64,000 bases of DNA. It comes from Myxococcota bacterium. GTDB lineage: Bacteria; Myxococcota_A; UBA9160; PR03. Each line of letters begins with the position of its first letter. Positions within the stretch are counted from its first letter, which is position 1. Below the pieces are notes generated by a model. That model did no database searches. It was not told where the DNA came from and saw only the letters and a list, made by a program, of their open reading frames with translations. Both the position numbers and the translations under genes were made by a program. Location of the stretch: the NCBI GenBank assembly GCA_041611735.1, contig JBFIML010000012.1, positions 15,433 through 79,432 on the forward strand, given 5' to 3'. Positions 45,203 through 53,917 of this stretch are shown here, piece after piece.

Positions 45203-45646
45203 GAGGTGGCGCAGCGTACGGGAAGCAAGCGGTCGCGGTCAAGCGGGGCGGGGAACGCCGCGCGGTGAGGAAAGAGTTTTCCCTTCGAGGAACGAGGCTT
45301 CCCCCTGGACCCCCGGGCCATCCTCCCCGCCTCCGCTCAACCCCCTGATTCTCTGAGAGTCGACGCCTGGCGCGGAGTTGGTATCCGAATTGCGTATCTT
45401 CGCGTGCGTCTCGAGGGGAAGGAGTGCCCGTGCGCCGAGCCCTGCTCGTCGCGGTCGCTGCTCGCGGTCTCTGCGTGGCCAGGTCCGCCCGGGCCGTCCA
45501 GGTCGATCCGAGCCGATTCCGAGCCAGCCGGGACCCCCTTCCACTGCACCGGCTCCAACCAGCTCCAGGGTGATTCCGATGCTGGCGAGGGCAGCGGCAT
45601 CACGTCCAATGCCATTAGAACGCCGCCGCAATCAACTCCACGAGGA

Positions 45647-47017
45647 GTGCGTGCGCGGGGTGCCCCCACGCCTACGCTTGGCGAAGCCCTGCGAACCTGG
45701 AGCCGCGTGGCCCTCCAGAGCTTCGGCGGGCCCGCCGGGCAGATCGCGGTCATGCACCGGATCCTCGTGGAGGAGAAGCGCTGGGTGAGCGAGGAGCGCT
45801 TCCTGCATGCGCTCTCCTACTGCATGCTGCTCCCGGGCCCGGAGGCGCAGCAGCTCGCCACCTACCTCGGATGGCTCCTCCATCGCACGCGCGGCGGGCT
45901 CGCGGCCGGAATCCTCTTCGTCCTGCCCGGCTTCGTGACGATCCTCGCCCTGAGCCTCCTCTATGCCGCCTACGGCGACCTTCCCCTGGTCGAGGGAATC
46001 TTCTTCGGGATCAAGCCCGCAGTGCTGGCCCTGGTGCTCGAGGCGCTGCTCCGCATCGGGCGGCGCGCTTTCGGACATGGGGCACAGGTGGGGATCGCCG
46101 CCGCCGCGTTCGTGGCCATCTTCTTCCTGGCGGTCCCCTTTCCGTGGATCGTCCTCGCGGCGGGGCTGGTGGGGCTGGTGGGCGCACACGCGCTGCCGGA
46201 GGCCTTCCGCGGCCCCCGGCCCCAGGCACCGGCGGTCGCGAACCCCGTGGTGGATGCCGTGCTCGATCGGCAGACACCGGATCACACGCGCCCGACGCTG
46301 CGCCGGACCCTCGGCGTCGCGTCGGTCTGCCTCGCGCTCTGGTGGGTGCCCGTCGCGACGCTCGCGATCACCCGAGGCGCCGACGACGTCTTCACCCGCA
46401 TCGGCGTCTTCTTCAGCAAGCTCGCCGTCGTGACCTTCGGCGGCGCCTACGCCGTCCTGGCCTACATGGCCCAGCAGGCCGTCGAGACCTACGGCTGGCT
46501 GGAGCCGGGGGAGATGCTGGACGGCCTCGGCATGGCGGAAACCACGCCCGGACCGCTCATCCAGGTGGTCCAGTTCGTGGGCTTCCTGGGCGCCTACCGC
46601 AGCCCCGGGGAGCTCGAGCCGTGGCTCGCGGGCACGCTGGCCGCCGTCCTCACCACCTGGGTGACCTTCGTGCCGTGCTTCCTCTGGATCTTCCTGGGGG
46701 CCCCCTACGTGGAGCGGCTGCGCGAGAGCCGTGCCCTGCGCGGCGCCCTCGCCGGGATCACGGCAGCCGTGGTGGGGGTCGTACTGAATCTCGCGGTCTG
46801 GTTCTCGCTGCACACGCTGTTCGGGAGCGTGGTCGAGCACCGCCTCGGCCCTCTCCTCCTCCAGGTGCCGGTGTGGGCCACCCTCGACGCCGCCGCGGCC
46901 GCAATCGCCCTGGGCGCCGCCGTCGCGACGCTCCGGCTCCACGTGGGGATGCTCCCCCTGATCGGCGGCTGTGGGGGCCTCGGCGTGCTCTGGCGCCTCT
47001 TCGGCCCGGGGTCGTGA
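45647..47017 (+). CDS. chrA: chromate ion transporter (CHR family, two-domain ChrA)
   Basis: Motifs ..LGEALRTWSRVALQSFGGPAGQIAVMHRILVEEKRWVSEERFLHALSYCMLLPGPEAQQLATYLGW.., and a second CHR repeat ..VVTFGGAYAVLAYM..GMAETTPGPL.. The start is uncertain. GTG 45647 is chosen. The ORF-track start at 45404 adds 81 low-GC3 codons unlike any ChrA N-terminus. Confidence 0.85.
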   Translation: MRARGAPTPTLGEALRTWSRVALQSFGGPAGQIAVMHRILVEEKRWVSEERFLHALSYCMLLPGPEAQQLATYLGWLLHRTRGGLAAGILFVLPGFVTILALSLLYAAYGDLPLVEGIFFGIKPAVLALVLEALLRIGRRAFGHGAQVGIAAAAFVAIFFLAVPFPWIVLAAGLVGLVGAHALPEAFRGPRPQAPAVANPVVDAVLDRQTPDHTRPTLRRTLGVASVCLALWWVPVATLAITRGADDVFTRIGVFFSKLAVVTFGGAYAVLAYMAQQAVETYGWLEPGEMLDGLGMAETTPGPLIQVVQFVGFLGAYRSPGELEPWLAGTLAAVLTTWVTFVPCFLWIFLGAPYVERLRESRALRGALAGITAAVVGVVLNLAVWFSLHTLFGSVVEHRLGPLLLQVPVWATLDAAAAAIALGAAVATLRLHVGMLPLIGGCGGLGVLWRLFGPGS

Positions 47018-47029
47018 CGGCCCGGCCTG

Positions 47030-47353
47030 CTAGCGTCGGAACAGGTCCGCGACCGCCCGCATGACTCCGCCGCTCTGCTCGCTCCCGGCCTTCAGGATCG
47101 TTTCCAGCTCGCCGGCATCCAGCCAGATGCCCTGGCAGTTGAAGCAGGTGTCGATCTCCACCTCACCCCGGTGGATCGTCTGCAGGTCCATCCCGCACTT
47201 CGGGCACTTCATCCAGTGCAGCCGCTTCAGCTCCTCGCGCTCGCGGGACTCGGTCTCCTGCTGCTGCTTGAGCGCAAGCTTCCGCTTCTTCTCCACCTCC
47301 TCCCGGGCGAAGTACTCGTCCTCGGGCTTCGACGGTCGGTCGGTGCGCGACAT
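47030..47353 (-). CDS. TFIIB-type zinc-ribbon domain protein
   Basis: 107 aa. A charged N-terminal helix, then CPKCGMDL..IDTCFNCQGIWLDAGEL (the CxxC..CxxC-GxWLD pattern of zf-TFIIB family proteins). Confidence 0.8.
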   Translation of the reverse strand: MSRTDRPSKPEDEYFAREEVEKKRKLALKQQQETESREREELKRLHWMKCPKCGMDLQTIHRGEVEIDTCFNCQGIWLDAGELETILKAGSEQSGGVMRAVADLFRR

Positions 47354-47392
47354 GCTTCCCTCCCTTCTCGGGCCTCGGCCTCCGCGCTTCCC

Positions 47393-48154
47393 TCATCCAT
47401 CCCCTGGGGAAGGGTCGCGCGGTGCCTCGCTGGAGAGCGCTTCTACCACGCCGGCGAAGTCGGTCAATGCCTGATCCGCGACGGGGTCGAGCGCATACAC
47501 CCCGCGCTCCACGCGCTGGAACCAGCCATAGACGTCGCGCTGCAGGATGCGCGGAGCACGCTCCACCCCCGTCTCCCGCTTCACGGCGCCGGCACGGAGC
47601 GGGCCGCGGTCCCGGAGCAGCACCGCGCAGCGGAGCGCGTCCTGCCGGTACGCGGTCACGCGGGGCCGACTTCCCGTGCCGCCCAGGTTGGGATCTCCCA
47701 GCCGCTTCGCGAACTCGCCTAGCAGGCGCTTGCGTCGCACGCGGTCCACGCGCGGCCGGTACGGCCCGGGGTCCAGGTGGACTTCGGCGTGCGCCGCCCG
47801 CCGACGGGGAAAGTGCACCGAGATGAGACCCAGGCCGAGCAGGCGGCAGAGGCGCAGGACCCCCCAGTAGCGGCGCGCCAGCAGCTCGGCGGCTGCCCGG
47901 GGCTCCGGGTGCCGCACGCCCAGGTAGACGCGCTCGGTCAGCCGCTTGCGGTCCACGGCCTGGAGCAGGAGCTCCAGCGAGAGTCGCCGCTTGAGCTCGA
48001 CGACGACCGGCTCCTCGTCGCCGCGACGGGCGACCAGGTCGCAGTTCTCGAGCTCCGCCTTCACCTCGAAGCCGCGGGCCTCCAGCAGCGCCTTCACGGG
48101 CGCGTAGAGATCGGATTCCGGACCCGAGGCGCGCTTCGCCCTGCGCTCTGCCAC
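47393..48154 (-). CDS. DUF2161/COG5482-like protein: PD-(D/E)xK nuclease-like N-terminal core plus C-terminal winged-helix-like region
   Basis: ORF 47393..49990 trimmed to GTG 48154 (or 48157). Sequence ..ESDLYAPVKALLEARGFEVKAELENCDLVARRGDEEPVVVELKRRLSLELLLQAVDR.. shows the D..(E)LK nuclease-fold pattern. C-terminus ..VTAYRQDALRCAVLLRDRGPLRAGAVKRETGV..GVYAL. The family name is from memory. Confidence 0.6.
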   Translation of the reverse strand: MAERRAKRASGPESDLYAPVKALLEARGFEVKAELENCDLVARRGDEEPVVVELKRRLSLELLLQAVDRKRLTERVYLGVRHPEPRAAAELLARRYWGVLRLCRLLGLGLISVHFPRRRAAHAEVHLDPGPYRPRVDRVRRKRLLGEFAKRLGDPNLGGTGSRPRVTAYRQDALRCAVLLRDRGPLRAGAVKRETGVERAPRILQRDVYGWFQRVERGVYALDPVADQALTDFAGVVEALSSEAPRDPSPGDG

Positions 48155-48247
48155 CACCCCCCCTGCGGCCGGCCGGAGCCTGACCGAGTCTACCGGAGGG
48201 GTCCCGCGCCGAAAGCTCTGCCCCACGGGCTTCGTTATGCTGGGCGC

Positions 48248-48643
48248 GTGGGGTTGCCCCGTCGCCTCGCGTGGTCGGTGCTCGTCCTGGCCCTGCTCGG
48301 GACGAACCTCTCCCCCTGTCCCGAGGCTCCCGTGCGAGCGCCCGCCCCAGGGTCCCACGCCCACGCGGGCCCGGCTTCCCCCGTCCACGGCGAGAGCCGG
48401 GAAGCGCTGCCCTCCCATCCACCCGGTTGCCAGGAAGCGCGAACGGTCGCCCTGGGCGCGCCCTGCCCGTGCGGCTGCGAGGACCGCGAGCCGGCTTCTC
48501 CCGCCGGGCCGCTCGGCGACGCCTTGCTGGCCTCCCTGCCGGGACTCGAGCTGCAGCCCCCGGCACGACCGCAGCGGGCCGAGCTCACGGACGTCCGGGA
48601 CGCCCCCCTCCGGCACGACGACCCCGTGCCACGGGCGGCCTGA
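48248..48643 (+). CDS. small exported Cys/His-rich protein (CPCGC motif), putative metal-binding
   Basis: The 3' part of ORF 47777..48643, from GTG 48248 (or TTG 48254). Signal-like GLPRRLAWSVLVLALLG, then SHAHAG..VHG..SHPPGC..GAPCPCGCEDRE..ALLASLPGLELQPPARP. GC3 is high. It is divergent from 47393..48154. No SD is evident. Confidence 0.45.
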   Translation: MGLPRRLAWSVLVLALLGTNLSPCPEAPVRAPAPGSHAHAGPASPVHGESREALPSHPPGCQEARTVALGAPCPCGCEDREPASPAGPLGDALLASLPGLELQPPARPQRAELTDVRDAPLRHDDPVPRAA

Positions 48644-48760
48644 CCCTTCCGCGTTGCACCGGGCCGTCCGGTCCGACCACCGGCACGCCTGGCTTCCCAT
48701 GGCTCGAACCCGCGCGCACGGGCCCGCTCCGACGAGGTGCGTGGCCTGGAGGCAACACAC

Positions 48761-49765
48761 GTGTCGTCGGCTCGCTTCGCCGCCGCCCTGGCAGCGGCGC
48801 TGTTCGGGATCGCCTCCACTTCCGGGCCTGCAGCTGCCTGCTCGGTCTGCCTGGCCGGCGATCCCCTCTTCTCGAAGCACGGAACCAGCGCCCAGCAGGA
48901 GGGCGAGGTGTCCATCTACCTGCAGGCCCAGGGCTGGCGCAAGGACAGCGGGCTCCTGCCCCACGCACCCGAAGGCGAGGAGCACGAAGAAGAGCACGAG
49001 CACGAGGAGGGGCACGAGCGCAATCGCAGCCAACGGCTCGATCTCTTCCTCTCCTGGACGCCCCTGGCCCGGGTAACCCTGAGCCTCGACATCCCGTATG
49101 CCTTCAACGCGATCGAGGAGATCGAAGCGGGAGCGAGACAGACCAACCGGCTGCATGGGCTCGGCGACGTGGCGCTGCTGGGGAGCTTCGTCCTGTGGCG
49201 CAACCGCGATGTGCTGCCCTCCTTCTGGATCGAGGGACGCACCTTCCTCAAGGCCCCGACGGGCCGCAGCACGCGCCGGGAAGCGGGCTTCGTGGACCCC
49301 CACCTCCAGACGGGCACCGGCTCCTGGGACTTCGGCCTCGGCCTGGCGGCGGTGCACCGACGCGCCTGGGGATCGCTCTACACCAGCGTCTTCTACCGGG
49401 AGAACACCGAAGGAGACTTCGGAGACGTGGACTACGAGTTCGGCGACGTCCTGCTCGCGAACGCGGCCCTGGAGCTTCCGGTGGGCCACGCGCTCCGGCG
49501 GCCGGCCCTCGACTGGCTCACGGTGGGCGCCGAGCTCAACTACCGCTGGTCGGGCTTCGACCGGCTGGAGGGCCAGCGCTACGCACACAGCGGGGGCTCG
49601 ATCCTGTACGCGACGCCCGCCCTGCGCTTCCGACTCCCGTTCTCCCTGCGCGAGCGGCCGGCATCCCTGCGCCTGGCGCTCCAGCTCCCACTCACCCAGT
49701 CGTGGCTGAACGGCAGCCAGGACGAGAAGGAGGTCTGGACCGTGGGCCTCCTCCTCCCCTTCTGA
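48761..49765 (+). CDS. outer-membrane beta-barrel protein with N-terminal CxxC and His/Glu-rich segment (MetA-pathway/transporter-like barrel)
   Basis: GTG 48761 with GGAGG 8 nt upstream (ORF-track GTG 48737 is an alternative). Signal peptide SSARFAAALAAALFGIASTSGPAAA, then CSVCLAGDP. His/Glu-rich stretch EGEEHEEEHEHEEGHE. Alternating beta-strand pattern with GLGDVALL and TGTGSWDFGLG motifs. C-terminal ..VGLLLPF (terminal Phe). Confidence 0.7.
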   Translation: MSSARFAAALAAALFGIASTSGPAAACSVCLAGDPLFSKHGTSAQQEGEVSIYLQAQGWRKDSGLLPHAPEGEEHEEEHEHEEGHERNRSQRLDLFLSWTPLARVTLSLDIPYAFNAIEEIEAGARQTNRLHGLGDVALLGSFVLWRNRDVLPSFWIEGRTFLKAPTGRSTRREAGFVDPHLQTGTGSWDFGLGLAAVHRRAWGSLYTSVFYRENTEGDFGDVDYEFGDVLLANAALELPVGHALRRPALDWLTVGAELNYRWSGFDRLEGQRYAHSGGSILYATPALRFRLPFSLRERPASLRLALQLPLTQSWLNGSQDEKEVWTVGLLLPF

Positions 49766-49766
49766 C

Positions 49767-50276
49767 GTGTTGCGTCTGCTGGCGAGCGCCCTGCTGATCC
49801 TCGCTGCGGAGGCCGCGGCCCAGCCGCTCCAGCTCGAGAGCCTCGACGGCGAGCCCGTGACGCTCGGACTGCGCGAGGCCGAGAAGGCCCTGGTCGTCCA
49901 CTTCTGGGCCACCTGGTGCCCGGAGTGCGTCGAGGAGCTTCCCGTGCTGGCCGCGGCCCTCCACCGCTGCGCCGCAGGCCCGGTGCGCATCGTGACGGTG
50001 AACGTGGGCGAGAGTCGGGATGCGATCGTCCGCTACCTGGAGCGCCAGGGCCTCCAGCTCCCGGTCCTGCGCGACCCGCGCGGCCGGGTCTGGCGCAGCC
50101 TCGGCGGCCTGGGGCTGCCCACCAACCTGGCCTGGACGCCCGCGGAGCGGCGCATCGACGTGGGCCCGCGCGACGCCCCCGCCTGGGACGAGGCCTTCAC
50201 GGGGCTGGGCTGTCCGCCGCGGGACGCGGACGCTGCCGGCAGGCCGCCCGCGACCCCCCCCGAACGGGTCCCCTAG
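49767..50276 (+). CDS. periplasmic TlpA/ResA-like thiol:disulfide oxidoreductase (thioredoxin fold)
   Basis: GTG 49767, 1 nt after the barrel stop. Signal peptide MLRLLASALLILAAEAAA. Active site VVHFWATWCPECVEELP. Downstream ..LGLPTNLAW.. carries the cis-Pro. 169 aa. Confidence 0.85.
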   Translation: MLRLLASALLILAAEAAAQPLQLESLDGEPVTLGLREAEKALVVHFWATWCPECVEELPVLAAALHRCAAGPVRIVTVNVGESRDAIVRYLERQGLQLPVLRDPRGRVWRSLGGLGLPTNLAWTPAERRIDVGPRDAPAWDEAFTGLGCPPRDADAAGRPPATPPERVP

Positions 50277-52714
50277 CCGCGCTTCCCGTAATCGCAGACG
50301 CCGGTCGGGAAGATCCCCTCGAGGCGGGCGCGCTGGGCCGGGCTGGGCACCCAACCACCGTAGACACCCCGCTGGATGGCGAGCCAGACCGGCTGGAGAG
50401 GGCACTTGAACACGCCGCCCGCGATCGAGCCGCCGGCCACCATGCGGGAGGTCTGGTGGAGCGGGAAGCGTTCCGTGCAGGGCCCCGGAGGCTTCGGGTC
50501 CAGGACACCGTTCCAGACGCCGTCGCCCGCGGCGATCTCCTCGCCGGTGGTGGTGAAGCAGCGGTCCACGGCGCCGGGTGGCTTGTTCCCGGCCACGCCG
50601 CGGCCGGGGTTCGCCCGCAGGTTCGCCATCCACTCGTCGATCACCTCGAAGGCTTCGGGAGTCTGGTCGAACCGGCGCTCGGGCCGGGCGTCGGTGAACC
50701 AGATCACCTGGTTGTCGTGATGGCCCTGCCCGTCCAGGAGGCGCTGTCGGGTGGCGAAGGACTGGTGGCTGTGGTGCATGTCGAGCTCGTCCTCGAGGTA
50801 GTGGCGCCAGTCGATCACGGGGATGTCGATGCGGCCGTGGAAGACGTGGCCGGAGTCGTGGGCGGCCCGGATCGCCAACGGATCCCCCTCCCTGCGTGGG
50901 GCGGGCGTCACGCCCCCGTCCGGGCTCAGGTTCATGTTGCGCGAGCTCCACGGGTCGAAGTTCGCGGCGTCGTTGCCCACGAAGGGAAAGCCCTCCCGGA
51001 CCTGCTCCCGACTCGGCTTCCAGCTCCCCACGTTCGCGTTCAGGTGCAGGAATTCTTCGGGCGTGATCTGCCCGTTCCGCAGGGCCTGGAGACCGTACTG
51101 GACTCCCACGTTGTCCCAGGGCACCCGCGCGAAGCCGGACTCGTCGAGTCCGTAGACGTTGACGAGATCGCCCCAATGGGTCCACTCCACCCCCTCGACG
51201 CCCTGGGCCAGCTTGTCGAGGTCGGAGACGTTCGTGTACGTCGGGTTCAGGATCAACGGGGAGAGTCCGAACCACGCCCGGCGGCACTCCGTGAGCGCCG
51301 GCGTCGACGACGTGCGGTCCGGGACCGGCAGTCCGAGGCCGGCGTAGATCACGTACAGGATGGTCCATTGCAACGTCTCGCCGCTACTCAGGTTCGCCGG
51401 CGCCCGGGAGGCATGGAGGCCCTGGATGAGGCTTCGGTTCTCGATGTGGAGCCACTTCGGGTTGTCGGTGTCGATCACGTCGAAGTAGTGCTCGAGGAGC
51501 TCGCAGTCCCCCACGTGGATCGTCTGGGTGACCATGTCCGAATAGGAGTACTGGGGGATGGCGGCGTCGAGCAGTCCCGGGTGGTTCTGGGCGTAGACGT
51601 ACTGCTGGATGGCCCCGCCGGAGCCGCCCACGCCCACCGTGTAGAGCGGCACCCCGTGCGTCTCCACGAAGTGCTCCTTCAGCATCAGGGCCGTCTCGCC
51701 GCCGAGCTGGAGGTTGTAGTGGGTATTCGTACGCAAGCCGGTCGAGTTGAGCACCGCGTAGCCGAGCCGCAGCAGCTCGTCGGGCAACATGGCACTGGTG
51801 CTGGGAGTGCCCTGGGTGCGACCGATCGCGACGCCTCCCTGGAGGCTGAAGACGAGACGTCCGTTCCAGAGCGAGTCGTCGGGCTGGTCCGGGTCCGTCT
51901 CGGCGGTGGGCGCGAGCATCGCGACGCTATAGAGGAAGCGGTTGCTCGTCCCACGCTCCCAGCGCACGATGTAGGGCACGGTCCGTCCGTCCAGGGTGGT
52001 GGTCGTCGCCACGTCGCCGGGCAGCGGCTGGCTCGGGTCGGCCAGCGCCTTCCACACCCCCGTGGTGCTGCGGTAGCGGTATTCGATGCGCTCGGACACG
52101 CCGCAGTTCTTGCTCCAGCCGAGGATCTCGGCCTCGGCGGTCGGGTAGCCCCTTCCGTCCCGCGGGTAGTTGCCGCTCGAGTCCTCCCGCGCCACCGGGA
52201 TCCCGATCCCGTCCTGGTTGTCGATGATCGGCTGGCCCAGGCCCGCACGGGCGGTGGTGCAGACGAAGGGCTGCTGCTGGGGACCCGAGAAGATCGGTCC
52301 GCTCGCCGGATGGTTGACGAGCGTGGCCCGGGCCGCGTTGCCCCGGCCGTTGCGGTCGGGAGCCACGCGCAGGACGTTCTCACCGAGGGCCAGCCCCTGC
52401 ACGAGCCCCACCAGGGCGCGCCTGCCGGCCTCGGGCTCGAACGCCGCCGTGACGTCCTGCTGGCCGAGCAGGACGCGAACCGCGTTCAGCTGCTGCGCGT
52501 TCGGAACCCGCACGCGCACCAGCACATCGCCCCCGCTCACCTGGTGGGGGGCGCTCGAGAGGGTCTCGATCGAGAACCCCCCGCCGGGCTTCGGGCCCGG
52601 CGTCACAGCCCGCGGGTTCGCGGGGGCCGGCACGGCAGCAAGGGCCGCCACCACGAGGCCGAGGCCGGACCAGAGAGAACGGGACGACCGGAACCAGGAG
52701 GACCGGGACTTCAT
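50273..52714 (-). CDS. secreted DUF6351-like protein (Ig-like N-domain + tannase/feruloyl-esterase-like alpha/beta-hydrolase region)
   Basis: ORF trimmed to ATG 52714. Signal peptide MKSRSSWFRSSRSLWSGLGLVVAALAAVPAPA. Sequence ..VSGGDVLVRVRVP..VGLVQGLALGENVLRV.., nucleophile-elbow-like GVGGSGGAIQQ, C-terminal Cys pairs (..FKCPLQP..GVCDYGK). 813 aa. The family name is from memory. Confidence 0.65.
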   Translation of the reverse strand: MKSRSSWFRSSRSLWSGLGLVVAALAAVPAPANPRAVTPGPKPGGGFSIETLSSAPHQVSGGDVLVRVRVPNAQQLNAVRVLLGQQDVTAAFEPEAGRRALVGLVQGLALGENVLRVAPDRNGRGNAARATLVNHPASGPIFSGPQQQPFVCTTARAGLGQPIIDNQDGIGIPVAREDSSGNYPRDGRGYPTAEAEILGWSKNCGVSERIEYRYRSTTGVWKALADPSQPLPGDVATTTTLDGRTVPYIVRWERGTSNRFLYSVAMLAPTAETDPDQPDDSLWNGRLVFSLQGGVAIGRTQGTPSTSAMLPDELLRLGYAVLNSTGLRTNTHYNLQLGGETALMLKEHFVETHGVPLYTVGVGGSGGAIQQYVYAQNHPGLLDAAIPQYSYSDMVTQTIHVGDCELLEHYFDVIDTDNPKWLHIENRSLIQGLHASRAPANLSSGETLQWTILYVIYAGLGLPVPDRTSSTPALTECRRAWFGLSPLILNPTYTNVSDLDKLAQGVEGVEWTHWGDLVNVYGLDESGFARVPWDNVGVQYGLQALRNGQITPEEFLHLNANVGSWKPSREQVREGFPFVGNDAANFDPWSSRNMNLSPDGGVTPAPRREGDPLAIRAAHDSGHVFHGRIDIPVIDWRHYLEDELDMHHSHQSFATRQRLLDGQGHHDNQVIWFTDARPERRFDQTPEAFEVIDEWMANLRANPGRGVAGNKPPGAVDRCFTTTGEEIAAGDGVWNGVLDPKPPGPCTERFPLHQTSRMVAGGSIAGGVFKCPLQPVWLAIQRGVYGGWVPSPAQRARLEGIFPTGVCDYGKRG

Positions 52715-52900
52715 GGGGGGTCTCCGCTGCGGGGTCCCAGGAGCCGGGAGCTGCCCGGCTTCTCCACCCGCGACGAGCCCGATCCTACCACCGCAGCCGG
52801 CCGGAGCCGAAGCCTCCGATGGAGAGGGGCGGCAGCGCGTCCCCGCCTCGCGTGTGCCAGCCAGGCCCAAGGCCCGACCGCAGCCGCCAGGACCCTTGAC

Positions 52901-53917
52901 TCACCAGCGATTGCGGGCCTCTTCGGCCCAGCCGAGCAGTCCGTCGACGGCGAGCGTCATGCCGTCCTCCAGCTCCAGTCGCCCCTCCCAGCGTCCGAAG
53001 CACTGGTGCACCTGCGTCGACAAGAGGCCCAGCCTCGTCCGAGCGTGGCGGTCGTGGTGCGGGGTCAGCGTTACGTCGATCCGCCTGGAGTCGGGCGTCC
53101 GCACCCGCCAGGGACCCAGCGGCGCGTCCCAGTCGTACTCCCAGATCAGCTCCTCCGAGATCTTGTGGAGCCGGCCGTCGATGCACAGGGCGTTCTCGGT
53201 GAAGCCGGTGCCCTGGGTCCACTTGCCACCCAGCTGGAGACCGATCGTGTGCCCGTCGCTCGAGCCGGATGCCGATCCCCAGTTCCAGCGCGTGGCATAG
53301 GGCCAGATCCCGCGACCGAAGTCCAGCGTGCCGTAGGCTCCGCTGTGCGGTCCCAGGCGATGGACACTCTGCCCGATGCGGAGCGTGCCTGCCGCGGGTC
53401 GCGTATTCTGCTTCGAGGTGTACTGGAACCGCCGCGGGCTCCAGGGAATCACCACGCCCAGGGATTCGTGGCCGGCGGGCCGCTGGACGAAGAGGTCGAC
53501 CTCGATCGCGCCGTGACGCCGATGGGAGGCTCGCGCCGAAAGCCCGGTGCCCTCCGGGTGCTCCGCGATGTGCAGCAGCAGGTCCCGACTCGTGTAGCGC
53601 GTCTCGCCCACGTCGGCGCGGTCCGCCAGGCGGAACCCCCGCGCGAAGGGGACCCGGGCGACGCGCTCGATCTCGACCCCGGAAGCCCGCTCGAGCACCC
53701 ACAGGGCCGCCACACCCAGGTAGTCCACATCCGCATAGGTCAGGGCAACCACCAGATCGTCGCTGGTCACGCACCAGTAGTCCCAGCGCTTCTTGCGGCC
53801 CGGGGCGCCGCGCAGGTTGGCCCGGTGCAGGGGCACGCGCGACCAGCCCCGGGCACGAGGGTTCAGCCGGCCGCGCGCGTCGCACAGCTCGACCGGCTCG
53901 GTGATCTCGGGCTCCAT
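52901..53917 (-). CDS. DUF2804 family protein
   Basis: Motifs ..RKKRWDYWCVTSDDLVVALTYADVDYLG.., ..RWNWGSASG.., C-terminal ..GWAEEARNRW. Start is ATG 53917 (alternatives ATG 53944, TTG 53980). No signal peptide seen. Confidence 0.75.
   Translation of the reverse strand: MEPEITEPVELCDARGRLNPRARGWSRVPLHRANLRGAPGRKKRWDYWCVTSDDLVVALTYADVDYLGVAALWVLERASGVEIERVARVPFARGFRLADRADVGETRYTSRDLLLHIAEHPEGTGLSARASHRRHGAIEVDLFVQRPAGHESLGVVIPWSPRRFQYTSKQNTRPAAGTLRIGQSVHRLGPHSGAYGTLDFGRGIWPYATRWNWGSASGSSDGHTIGLQLGGKWTQGTGFTENALCIDGRLHKISEELIWEYDWDAPLGPWRVRTPDSRRIDVTLTPHHDRHARTRLGLLSTQVHQCFGRWEGRLELEDGMTLAVDGLLGWAEEARNRW

Noticed and set aside
45404-45646. The ORF-track start of chrA at 45404 (an 81-codon N-terminal extension).
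   Set aside because: This stretch has low GC3 and is unlike ChrA N-termini. The conserved region begins about 10 aa after GTG 45647. The call remains uncertain because that GTG has no well-spaced SD.
52845-52859. A sigma54-like element, TGGCAC-N5-AGGC (GG-N10-GC spacing), on the minus strand in the 186-nt gap upstream of the DUF6351-like gene.
   Set aside because: The -12 box deviates from TTGC(A/T). GG..GC spacing occurs easily by chance at this GC content. No enhancer-binding protein is nearby. It is kept only as a weak possibility.
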